From Okamejei kenojei (Eukaryota), in contig CM069160.1 of NCBI GenBank assembly GCA_035221665.1, positions 8,370,001 through 8,434,000 of the forward strand: a DNA stretch of 64,000 bases. The letters are read 5' to 3'. The notes under the pieces are model-generated. The model saw only the letters and a list, made by a program, of their open reading frames with translations. It was not told the DNA's origin and ran no database searches. A program made the position numbers and the translations under genes. Positions 38,030 through 50,497 of the stretch are shown here, piece after piece (the first letter of the stretch is position 1; every line of letters begins with the position of its first letter).

Positions 38030-38910
38030 AGTCACAGAGTGATACAGTGTGGAAACAGGCCCTTCAGCCCAGCTCGCCCACACCAGCCAACATGTCCCAG
38101 CTACACTAGTCCCACCTGCCTGCGCTTGGTCCATATCCCTCCAAACCTGTCCTATCCATGTACCTGTATAACTATTTCTTAAACGTTGGGATAGTCCCAA
38201 CTACCTCCTCTGGCATCTTGTTCCATACACCCACCACCCGTTGTGTGAAAAAGTTACCCCTCAGATTCCTATTGAATCCTTTCCCCTTCACCTTGAGCCT
38301 ATGTCCTCTGGTCCTTGATTCCCCTACTCTGGGCAAGAGACTCTGTGCATTTACCCAATCAATTCCTTTCATGATTTAATACACATCAATAAGACCACCC
38401 CTCATCCTCTGCGCTCCAATGAATAGAGATCCAGCCTACTCAACCTCTCCCTATAGCTCACACCCTCTATTCCTGGCAACATCCTCGTAAATCTTCTCTG
38501 AAATCTTTCAAGCTTGACTGTACCTTTCCTATAAAATGGTGCCAGAACTGAACACAATATTCCAAATGTGGTCTCACCAACGTCTTATACTGCTGCAACA
38601 TGACCTCTCAACTTCTTTACTCAATACACTGCCTGATGAAGGCCAAAGTGCCAAAAGCCTTTCTGACAAACTTCTCTACCTGTGACTCAACCTTGAAGGA
38701 ACCATGTACCTGTACTCCTAGATCCCTCTGCTCCACAACACTCCCCAGAGGGCTACCATTCACTGTGTAGGTCCGGCCCTTGTTCGACGTCCCAAAATGC
38801 AACATCTCACATTTCTCTGTATTAAATTCCATCAACCATTCTTCAGCCCACCTGGCCAATCGATCAAGATCCTGCTGCAATCTTTCACAGCCATCTTCAC
38901 TAACTGCAAG
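38030..38910 (-). mobile_element. CR1 LINE 3' fragment (second subfamily)
   Basis: ORFs 38617-39036 and 38172-38372. Confidence 0.8.
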
Positions 38911-39216
38911 AGCAGTGAGTGTTTGGAACCAGCCCCCAACAGAAACTGGTAGGTGGATTTTTGTAGACAAATTCATAAGGTATAGGAGTAGAATTTGGCA
39001 AATCGGCCCATCGGGTCTGCTCGGCCATTCATTCATAACTGATCTACCTTGCCCACTTAATCCTATTCTCCCTGTAACTTTTGATGCCCTTACTAATCAA
39101 GAACCTATCAATCTCTGCTTTACAAATACCCAATAATGGGTCGGGTACTTTTCTGTGCTGCCGTTTCGGCGCCCCTGTTTTGGTGCTTCCGTTTATAATA
39201 TCTGTACTCATCAGAA

Positions 39217-39473
39217 CCCTAACCCTAACCCTAACCCTAACCCTAACCCTAACCTCTGTAAATACCTCCAGATAAATAAAAGTGTTCCGTGCGTCACAAT
39301 ACTCCGGGATAGTGAATTCCAGAGATTCATCGCCCTCTGCAAGAAGTTCCTATGCCAAGGATATTGCAAGTGAGATCAGCTTTATGTTAACAAGTTTGGA
39401 AATTGGTTCCCACTGGCCCACCGCTGTGGCACCCTAACCCTATCCCTAACCCATACCCTAACCCTAACTCTAA
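39217..39473. repeat. Interstitial telomere-like (CCCTAA)n tracts
   Basis: Six perfect CCCTAA units at 39217-39252 and about seven degenerate units at 39432-39473. Confidence 0.85.
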
Positions 39474-42458
39474 CACCCCGAAACGGAGGAGCCGAAATGG
39501 CGGAGCCGAATGGTAAAATTCCGCCAATAATGGGACGTCCTTTGATTCTGAGGCCGTACCATTTGTTTCTGGACTCTCCCACTGGTGGAAACATCATCTG
39601 CACATCCACTCTATCCTGGCCTTTCATTATTTGGCAAGTTTCAATGAGTTTCCCCCTTGTCCTTCTGAACTCCAGCGAGTAGAGGCCCAGGGCAGTCAAA
39701 TGCTCTTCATAACAATGATCCAATGACCCAATCATCCCACCCGGATCATTCTCGTAAACCTCCTTTGGACCCTCTCCAACGCCAGCTGGATGGTTTAAGG
39801 GAAGACTGACAAGGCAAGATAAGACAAGAGATATTTATTGTCACATGCACCAATTGATACAATGAAATTTGGGGTCACCATACAGCCTTACGAATAAAAA
39901 AAGAACACAACACACGATAGAGTAACATAAAACATCCCCACACAGCGGAATCAAAGTTTTCCCACAGTGAGGGAAGGCACCAAAGTTCAGTCATCCTCCT
40001 CTGATGTTCTTCGATATTCACCCGTGTTCGGGGCCTCCCGAGCCCTCCGCCAGCCCAATGTTCAGGCCCTCTCGCCGGGATGATGGAACTCCGACGTCGG
40101 AACTAAAGAACATCCTCAGCGGCTTGGACTTCCGAATCGGCCACTTCCTACGGAGACCGCGGCTTCCACAGTCCACATGCCGAGCTGGTGGAGATTCACA
40201 CTGGCGGCCCGCGCCAAAGGGATCCCAGGCCTCTGCGATGTTGAAGTCAGCGCTGCCCGCGGCTAGAAGCTCCGCAAACCACAGCTCCACGACATTGAAG
40301 CAGCAGGCCCAACACTCCGGAGCTTCAAAACGGCGATCCCAGGTAAGGAATCGCTCGCTCCGCGATGAAAGGCCGCGCCAATCCAGTTGGTAGGCCGTGA
40401 GGGGGAGGCGAGGATGCGACTCGGAGAATGGTCGCATCCTCGTCAGGAAGTGTTTGGGAAACAGTTTCTCCCTTAACCTCCTCACCTACCCCACATAGAA
40501 ATACTAAGTACAGTGAGATGGACCCACGTAGTCACAGCGAGAGCGTGCATACTCCGCATCCTAAGCAGCAGTGGTTTAATTTAGTTTATTTTATTTACAG
40601 TGAAAAACTTTTTGTTGCGTGCTATCCAGTTAAAGAAAAGACTATACATGATTGCAATCGAGGCGACCCCATTGTACAGATACAGGAAAAAGGGAATAAC
40701 GTTTAGTGCAAGATAAAGGCTGACAAAGTCCAATTAAAGGTGGTCCAATGGTCTCCAGTGAGGTCAGGATCGCTCTCGAGTTGGTGAGAGGATGGTCCAG
40801 TTGCCTGATAACAGCTGGGAAGAAACCGTCTCTGAAGCTGGAGGTGTGCATTTTCAGAATTCTGTACGTCTTCCCTGATGGGAGAGAGGAGCAGAGGGCG
40901 TGTCCGGGGTGAGTGCTTTTTTTATTGTGTTGGCGGCTTAGCCGAGGCAGCATGAAGAGTAGATGGAGGCAACGGAAGGGAGGTTGATTCGTGCGATGGT
41001 CTGGGCTAACTCCACAACTCTCTATAATTTCTTGCCGTCTTGGATACACTTGCTTCCAACCATACCATGATGCATCCTGATAAAATGCTTTCCATGAGAC
41101 ATCTGTAGAAGTTGGTGAGGATTGTTGGGGACACGCCACATTTCCGAAGCCTTCTAAGGGAAGTAAAGGCGTGTTGTGTTTTCTTAATCGTTGATCGATG
41201 CGGCTGATCCAGGACAAATTTCTCATGATAATTATTTCTAAGAACTTGAAGCTTTCGACCATCTCTAGTTCGGTGCATTGATGTATACTGGGGTGTGTGT
41301 ACTGCTTTGCTTCACGAAGTCAATCACAATCTCCTTTGTCTTGCTGATATTGGCGGAGTGGTTGTAATCTTGGCACCGTGTCACAAGTGATAGGAGCAGA
41401 ATTAGGCCATTTGGCCCATCAAATCTACTCCACCATTCAATCGGCTGATCTATCTCTCCCTCCTAACTCCATTCTCCTGCCTTCTCCCCATAACCTCTGA
41501 CACCTGTACTAATCAAAAATCAATCTCTCTCTGTCTTAAAAATATCCACTGATTTGGCCTCCACAGCCGTCTGTGGCAAAGAATCCCACAGATTCAACAC
41601 CCTCTGACTATAGAAATTTCTCCTCATCTCCTTCTTAAAAAATGTCCTTTAATTCTGAGGCTATGGCCTCTAGTCCTAGACTCTCGCACTAGTGGAAGCA
41701 TCCACTCTATCCAAGCCTTTTACTATTGTGTACGTTTCAATGAGGTCCCCCCACATTCTTCTAATCTCCAGCGAGTACAGGCCCAGTGCCGACAAACGCT
41801 CATCATAGATTAGCTACTCATGTTGTGATCATTTTTCTTTTGGGGTTCACAATCTCCTTTGTGTACTCTGTTTCGTCATTAGTTGATATCCGGCCCACTA
41901 TGGTGGTGTCGTCTGCGAACTTGTATACTGAGTTGCAGTGGTATTTGACCGCAGAGTCATGACAGGGCCGTTGTAACGCTTGGGCATGCTGGGCAGTTGC
42001 CCGGGGCCCCACGAGCATAGGGGCCCCATGCTAATCTATGTACGTTATGACTTGCAACTCGATGCAAAGTCCACGGTCCCAGCGATCTTCAGGACGTTGT
42101 AATCCGTGTGCTAGCGGTCGCAGCACTTCTTCTGGCGACCCCTGGCAAGGGATCGCTGGGCTCCGCGATGGAAAGTCCGCTCTGCGCCCGCTGCTGAAGC
42201 TCTGGACCCGACTCCGGGAAAGGCCGCACCAACCCAAGCCGTTAGGCCGCGAGGGAGGGCGAAATGCAACTAGGAGAAAAGTCGCATTCCACCGAGCTAA
42301 GTGACTAAAAACCAGTTTCCCCCAATTCCAGCCGCCAGCCCACCACACTAAAACACACTTTTAGACATACTAAACACAAAGAAAAAGTGGAAAGGACGAA
42401 CAACTGTTGGCGAAGCTGCTAGCTCACGGCACCACCCGTTGTTCGAACGTTTGTGTTG

Positions 42459-45400
42459 ATTTTACTTCGGAGTCACGTGAGTGACTACGTGAAGGAGCCC
42501 CGCCAGGCGCGTGCGCATCATTACGTCCGCGCATGTCGCACTGAACGGGCTGGAGAGCGCAGCTCCACCAGCGGTAAGTAGAAACTTCACAGGTAAGTGG
42601 TTTTGAAAACTTTGCCTGGAAGTATTTAAACTCCGTCAAGCTGGCTCGAGCAGTCAGTAGGAGTCGGTGGTACGGAGCGGTCAGGTAGAAGAGTTCGCAG
42701 CAAGCGTGGGTCCAGCGATGCAGATTCACAAATTAGATCGGGTCGGCAGATTACAGAGGCAACGCCGGTTCTGAAACTGGGTGCCGTTTTACCGACAGCC
42801 GTTATACTAGATAGTGAACTTTCTACACCAGCTCCAGGGACTTAGGAGCCTGAGGCCACTGATAGCCATAGGAAGGCTAAAGGAAAGTCTATCAGAGCGG
42901 TTTTGTCAGACGAGTGTCAGAAGAAGAAGGAGACCCCTCCAGATAATAAAAGAATGTGGGGGAGGATGCAAAATATGGAGAAGATGCTCCAAACTTTGAT
43001 AAATCAAGGGTAAAAGGCCCCAGTGGTTCCCCAGACAGCTGCTCAAGAAACATAGAAACATAGAAACATAGAAATTAGGTGCAGGAGTAGGCTATTCAGC
43101 CCTTCGAGCCTGCACCGCCATTCAATATGATCATGGCTGATCATCCAACTCAGTATCCCGTACCTGCCTTCTCTCCATACCCTCTGATCCCCTTAGCCAC
43201 AAGGGCCACATCCAACTCACTCTTAAATATAGCCAATGAACTGGCCTCAACTACCCTCTGTGGCAGAGAGTTCCAGAGACTCACCACTCTCTGTGTGAAG
43301 AAAGTCTTTCTCATCTCGGTCTTAAAGGATTTCCCCCTTATCCTTAAGCTGTGACCCCTTGTCCTGGACTTCCCCAACATCGGGAACAATCTTCCTGCAT
43401 CTAGCCTGTCCAACCCCTTAAGACAGAAGGCCCATATCAAGAAGAATATGTGGAGTATCAGCAAGGGGATTTCCTTCCAGCGCCTTGTTTAGGACTGGAG
43501 GATGCCTCCCTACAGTATGACTTGGGAGAAGCAGGGCAGGATGAAGCTGACCCTGATTCTGGTGTCCCTGCTCACGTGCATACACCAGAGCACAAGAGCC
43601 ACGCTCCGGGTGTCCCGGAAATAGCAGTGAGTTTTGCTATTCCGGAGGGGACTGGTGAGGCAATGGACGAGTATCTTGCCAACAATATCAATTATTTAGT
43701 GTCTCACCAGCTCCAGCAAGCTATGATGCACGAGACTACTGGCAAATATAAGACACCTGTCAATTGTGCATCATTGAAAGTGCCCACGGTGAACCCAGCA
43801 ATCTGGGCACCCATGAGTCCTTCTATGAGGGGACAGGAGGTTCGGTATCGACACGTCCTCCAACTGGTGGCTGCAGCCCTTACTGCATTTGGCACAATGG
43901 TCCAAGGGACAATGATTACTCAAACTCAAAAAGATATGTTGGCTCTTTTATGCAATGCATTTTTTGAGGTAAATTGCATCAGGAAAATTGCCATTAGGCC
44001 AACACTCAATCAGAAATTTGCTGCTTTATGTAAGGCAACTAATGTACAAACGCCTGAATTCCTGTTTGGAGCAGACCTTGTCAAGCAAATTCGTGAAATT
44101 GATGATGAGGCAAAAACTATTGGTTTAATGAAGCCAACCATCTCACGGCCACCTATTCGAAAGCCTGGTTTAATGTACCGAAGGTCGGATCCAGGTGCTG
44201 GGCCCAGCAGGGGGAGGCCAGTGGGGCAACGAGTTTACCCACCAATACAGACCGGCTACAACCCCAATATGGGCAGACAACAGGCTTACAGACCAACTGG
44301 AGAGGTACAGGGAATTTTTGTTAACGATAAAGTTTCTGGTGGACAACCTCCTATTGGAGGTAGATTACAATTGTTTTATAATGAATGGTGCTGTATAACA
44401 TCTGATATGTTTATACTAAATACTGTATCAGGTTCTACCATTGGGTTTATCTCAGGGATAGATCCACCTCAACAGCACAAGCCTAATAAAATGTTAGTGT
44501 TTTCTGCTCCAGAGACTGAACAGGTAAACGAGATTAAGAATTTATGCCAAAAAGGAGTGATTGAGAAAGCCATTAATCATCCTCAACAATTTGTGTCTAA
44601 TATATTCCCCGGACCTAAAAAAGATGGGGGTTGTAGAGTAATTCTGGACCTCACTCACTTAAATTCTTCAGTTCTCTATAGGCATTTTAAAATGGACACC
44701 TTCGTTACTGCTAAACAGCTGGTATCACAGGACTGTTATATGGCAACTATTGATTTGCAAGATGCATATTATTCAGTGCCAATTCATGCTCATTATCGCG
44801 GGTACTTGAAATTTAATTGGATGGGACAGCTGTGGCAATACAAAGCATTGCCTAATAGATTAAGTTCAGCACCTAAGCTATTTACTAAATTGCTAAAAAA
44901 CCTGTGCTGGGGCTATTGAGGGCCCATAATCGCATTGTCATGGCTTATTTAGATGATATCTTAAGTATCAGCAACACTAAAGAGTCAGCTGAAGAGTCGG
45001 TTACAGCAACCAAAATATGTGTTTGAAACATTAGGGTTTTTGGCCCATCCAACTAAGTCCAAGTTACAGCCAACCCAAAATATTGAGTATTTGGGATTTC
45101 TTATTGATTCAGTTGATATGACAGTAACATTACCAACAGCCAAGGTTGTGGATATTGCTCATGTCTGTACTTGCCTCACACAAAAACTTTATCCCTCCAT
45201 CCGAGAAGTCCCTAAGGTCATTGGGAAATTGGTAGCAGCTTTCCCTGCAGCACAGTTCAGAACTTTGCATTATCAACATTTGCAAAGAGCAGAGAGCAAG
45301 CACTAAAAGAGCATGCAGGCCATTTTGATCGGGTTATGCAGTTACCAACCACAGCCCTAGCAGAATTGCAGTGGTGGATTGTTAATGTTAGTCAAGCTAC

Positions 45401-47733
45401 CAATAACATTTTGGTGCAAGAACCTTCAGTGATCTTACAGACTGATGTAAGCACTCTCGGATGGGGGGCTACGGACACCGAGTCTAGCTGTGGGGGTAGA
45501 TGGAATGAACAAGAAGGTTTGATTCTCCACACACAAGGAATCAATTATTTGGAATTATTGGGGGCATTTTATGGGTTAAAGGCATATTGCTCCACAATGA
45601 ATAATTTACACGTTCAACTCCAGATTGATAACACCACAGCAGTGGCATATATTAATCATATGGGAGGAGCAAGATCAGTATCATGTGATAACTTGGCTAA
45701 CCTCATGTGGCGTTGGTGTATTTCAAGGAACATCTGGGTTTCAGCCATCTATCTACCAGGTATAGGCAATGTGGTGGCAGACCATAGGTCGCAAAAGTTT
45801 AATGACAATATAGAATGGATGTTGAATTCTGAAATTTTTCAAACAATTGTCACTCGATTTGGGTTGCCAGATATCGATATGTTTGCATCCAGATTAAATC
45901 ACCAGTTGCCTAAATATGTTTCATGGGAGCCAGATCCAGGAGCAGTAGCCGTGGATGCATTCTCATTACATTGGGGGCACTCATTCTTTTATGCATTTCC
46001 TCCATTTTGTCTGATCATGAAATGCCTCACCAAAATAGAGCGTGACTCCGCCACAGGCGTTTTGGTGGTCCCAGATTGGCCAACACAACCATGGTTGCCA
46101 TTAGTACTCAGAATGATGGCTCAGCCATTCATGATGATTCCCAGCTGCAGTAATTTGTTGGTGCTTCCAGTTACAGGAGAAAGTTACCCATTACATGACC
46201 GTATTCATTTGTTGGTCTGCAGGTTCTGACCAGACCATTCCAGGGCCTTGGATTGTCGAACAGTACCATGGAGGTTATCACTCCAGCCTGGAAAAATAGC
46301 ACTCAAAAACAATATGTGGTTCACATAAAGAAATGGGAGATGTTCTGTGTACAATCCAATATATCTTATCATACTGCAAGCATATGTGATGTGTTGGAGT
46401 TCCTTGCTAAGTTGCATTTTGATGAGCACTTGAGTTATAGTGCCATTAACAGTGCTCGGAGTGCTTTGTCCTCCTATTTGAGGCAGTCTTGAGAACAACA
46501 ACCTATCGGGTCTCATCCGTTAGTATCCCGATTTATGAGTGGAATTTTAACAAAAACCCTCCTAAACCTAGATATACAGAAATCTGGGATATCAGTATAG
46601 TTCTCACACTGCTTCAGCAATGGGCTCCAATTACGTCATTATCTATGCAGAGATTAACTCTTAAAGTGGTTATGCTAATGGCGCTGGTTTCAGCACAACG
46701 TGTACAAACATTACAATTGTTACGAATAGATTGTATGCATTTGTCTGTAGATGACATTACATTTTATGTCTATGATTTAATCAAACAAAGCAGGCCAGGT
46801 ATGGCAGGAACCAAAGTGATGTTTAAAGCCTATCCTGTTGACCAAATGTTATGTGTAGTTAAACACTTAAGCCAATATATTGAGTTAACAAGGAGTCTCA
46901 GAGGTTCTGCGACAGGACTGCTCATTAGTCACAAAAAGCCATATAAAAGAGTGTCAGTACAAACTATTTCTAGATGGTTAAAACAGGTTCTCAATTATGC
47001 TGGAGTCGACACTCATGTATTTAAATCTCACTCCACCAGGGCGGCATCAATATCCGCGGCGAAGGCTCAGGACGTGCCGCTAGACCAAATCCTCGCGGCC
47101 GCAGGATGGTCTAGAGAATCAACATTTTCACAATTCTATGACAAACCTGTACAGACAGTGCCACGGTTTGGGCATGCTGTTTGGGTTCCATTTAATTCAT
47201 TTGCTTTGTTTTATATCATTGTTTGTAATTTCCCCCTGGGACAGAGGGGTTATTACTGTTTTTTTGTTATTATTAAAAATAGTTATTGAATAATTTGAAG
47301 CAATGTTCAATATATTATTTATTCACTACTGTGTCAACCGAAGCAGATTGTCGTATGGAGTGCATCTACGGCATGAAAACACAGAGCTTTGAAATCTTCA
47401 CGTAGTCACTCACGTGACTCCAAAGTAAAATAGTAAGATTAAATGAGAACTTACCAGTTTGAAGTTTGATCCTTATCTTATGAGGTGTTACGTTGAGGGA
47501 TTACGTGCCCTCCGCTCCCACCCTCATAATCTGAGAGATCATCTGGTAGCTCCAGTCTTCTTAAAGCCTTACTATGTTACTTCGGCTATTTGTTTTCTGT
47601 GTTTTCACGCCGCTGCTTTGAAGTATGACGCGCGTGCGCGTGGCGGGGCTTCTTCACGTAATCCCTCAACGTAACTCCTCATAAAATAAGGATCAAACTT
47701 CGAACTGGTAAGTTCTCATTTAATCTTACTATT
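42459..47733 (+). mobile_element. Near-complete DIRS1-type retrotransposon (gag, RT, RNase H, MTase-like domain, tyrosine recombinase)
   Basis: Gag-like/RT ORF 43450-44919 (DLQDAYY), YLDD at 44946-44957, RNase H plus MTase-like ORF 45336-46229 (TD..GWG, INYLEL, DNTTAV, DMFAS, FPPF), YR 46253-47289 (R..HSTR..GW..FY). It has ITRs, an ICR at 47396-47507 and ATT at both ends. Disabled by frameshifts. Confidence 0.95.
43045..43422 (-). mobile_element. CR1 3' fragment inserted into DIRS gag
   Basis: (AGAAACAT)n tail plus CR1 3' coding end, near-identical to 59577-59849. Confidence 0.9.
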
Positions 47734-48307
47734 AATCTTTACTGTACAGGATGTTTTTTTAATGTTTAATCACTGATTTTGTTGGAAGTACCAACAAATG
47801 TTTAATTTTATCGACCATTTACATTTTATTCCTGTGAGTAGTTGTGTGGGTAGGGCCCCAGTGCACTGCTTTGCACGGGGGCCTATAATGCTGTGAAGAC
47901 GGCTCTGAGTCATGAGTGTATGAGGAGTGAAGAAGGGAGCTGAGAATGCATCCTTGCGGGGCAGCTGTGTTGAAGGTTATCGTACGTAGAGGATGATTTG
48001 TCAGCTCTTCTTCACTGATTGCGGTCTGTTGGTCAGGATGTCAAGGATCCAGAAGCAGCCGGGAAGTGCTGACACCAAGTTTCGAGATGCATTTGGTTGG
48101 GACTATGGTATTAAAAGTAGAACCACTGTACGTGATCGGAAACTTCCTGCATCATTACCCTGGCTTGGTTGCAGTTCCTGTTTTAATTTAGTTTATTTTA
48201 GAAATACAACGCCAGAGCAGGCCCTTCAGCCCACTGAGTTCACACTGGCCAGGGACAATTTTTTACCTTTTACATTTATACCAAGCCAATTTTAACTTAC
48301 AAACCTT

Positions 48308-48765
48308 TTGTTTAAGAAGGAACTACAGATGCTGGAAAATAGCGTTGGCTTGGCGATCGTTTCGCCTAACACTTCCACTCGATCCGCATTAACCAACCTG
48401 ATCTTCCTGTGGCTCAGCACTTCAACTCCCCCTTCCATTCCGAATCCGACCTTTCTGTCCTGGGCCTCCTCCATGGCTAGAGTCAGCACCACCGGAAATT
48501 GGAGGAGTAGCACCTCATATTCCGCTTGGGCAGTTTGCACCCTAGTGGCATAAACATTTTCTCCAATTTCCGGTAGCCCTTGCTGTCTCCTCCCCTTCTC
48601 AGCTCTCTCTCAGCCCTCTGTTCCTCCTCTTCCTTTCTCCTTTCTTCTACCCCCCCCCCCCCCCCCCCACCCTACATCAGTCTGAAGAAAGTGTTTCTTA
48701 TTGCGTATTTTCTTCGCTCCATAGATGCTGCTGCACCCGCTGAGTTTCTCCAGCATTTTCGTCTC
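48308..48765 (+). mobile_element. Penelope 3' fragment
   Basis: GIY-YIG C-terminal remnant (VAQHFNSP, LSVLGLLH) plus terminal repeat. Confidence 0.8.
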
Positions 48766-50497
48766 ACTTTCAAACCTGTCTGTCTTTGGAGTGTGGGAGA
48801 AAACCTGAGATCTCGGAGGTTAATTAGTTGTTGTAAACTGCACCTAGTGTGTCAGGAGGCAGGACAATTTGGCCAGTGTTGATGAAAATGTAGGGAACAT
48901 AGAACAGTACAGCACAGGATCAGGCCTTTTGGCCCGCAACATCTGTGCTGTGCCAGATGAATCTAATGTGCCTTTCAAAAAGTCTCTTAAATGTCACAAT
49001 TGTATCTGGTCCCACGACCGCTCCTGGCAACATGTTTCAGACACCCACCATGCTCTGTGTAAAAAAAACCTTTAAACTTTCCTTAAAACTTTGCTCCTCT
49101 CCTTTCACTTAAAGCTATTCCCTCTAGTCTTTGACATCTCCGCTCCAGGAGAAAGGTTCTGACTCTCTACCCTATCCATGTCTCTCATTAGTAGATATAC
49201 TTCTATCAGGTCTCCCCCTCATTCTCTGGCATTCCAGAGAAAACAATCCAAGTTTTCCTAACCTCCTTATAGCTAGGTGTGTGGGAAGGAACTGCAAAAT
49301 GTTGGTCTGAATGGAAGATAGATATAAAATGCTGGAGTAACTCAGAACAGGCGGCGTCTCTGGGTAGAGGAATGGGTGACATTTTAGCCACGATCAGCCA
49401 TGATCACAATGAATGGCGCTGCTGGCTCGAAGGCCCGAATGGCCTCCTCCTGCACCTATTTTCTATGTTTCTAAGGCCGAAACCCTTCTTCAGACTAGTC
49501 AAAGGAAAAGGAAATGAGAGATGTAGACGGTGATCTAGAGTGATATAGAACAAATGAATAAAAGATATGCAAAAAAGTAACGATGATAAAGTAAACAGGG
49601 CCTTGTTAGGGGTTTATAGGTGAGAATGAGAAGTTGGTGTGACTTAGGTGAGGGAGAGTTGGAGCCTTCTGCACCCTCTCCAAAGTCTCCACATCCTGCC
49701 CGCGGGCTGAAGGGTCTGTTTCTGCGTGGCATCTCTCTGTAGTACCAAGGTGAGATGGTCGTAAGTGGGACGGAAGAACTGAGGAGAAAAATCAATTGTA
49801 GAAAATGAGAATAGTGGATGCAATGGTCTAATGGGGTTGTCCCTGCCTGAAGGTCCTGAGGAAAAGGTGCTGCATAGGTTTGGGCCTAGTTTAGACTTTG
49901 CTTGAGACTTTAGAGATGCAGTGCATAAACAGGCCCTTCGGCCCATTGAGTCTGCACCGACCAGCGATTACCCCGTACACCAGCGCTGTCCTACACACTC
50001 GGGACAATCTACAATGTTTTTTACCAAAGCCAATTAACTTACAAACCTGCACATCTTTCCATAGTTAGGATGGAACTTGAGTGCATGGCGCTGTAAGGTA
50101 GCAACTCTACTGCTGCACTGCTGTGCTGCCCAATTCTACAGAAGGTTTTTGTCGCCTGGCATTGAAGTCACGCTTGTCCAAACAGGCGGCAAGGTGGCAC
50201 AGGGTGAGTTGCTACCTCGCAGAACCAGAGACCAGGGTTCAATGTTATCTGAGTTGAGTTTGCATGGTCTTACAGTCACCAGACTCTCAGAGACAGTACT
50301 AGCAGGATCTCTGAAGATCATGGATAGGTAGACAAAAATGCTGGAGAAGCTCAGCAGGTGAGGCAGCATCCATGGAGCGAAGGAAATAGGCAACATTTCG
50401 GGCCAAAACCCTTCTTCAGACTCACCTCAGATAGGTGACGTTTTTTGGTTGAGACCCTTCTTCAGACAGGAAAGTGAGTCAGAAAAGATTCAAAAGA

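Larger units (their letters stand above)
41963..47907. mobile_element. Non-autonomous hAT element hosting the DIRS insertion
   Basis: TIRs CAGGGCCGT / ACGGCTCTG. Perfect 8-bp TSD AGTCATGA at 41955-41962 and 47908-47915. Confidence 0.85.
40575..48122 (-). mobile_element. Rex1/Babar-type LINE split by nested insertions
   Basis: The RT reading ...PQGCILSSLL..YTHDS (right of 47908) continues as HDSAVKY..YKFADDTT (left of 41962), then ESFKFL...LRRLRK (41280-40700). Confidence 0.75.

Noticed and set aside
43450-44919. 489-aa ORF as a host gene or domesticated protein
   Set aside because: It is DIRS gag read into RT. It is truncated before YLDD by a frameshift and its 5' part is disrupted by a CR1 insertion.
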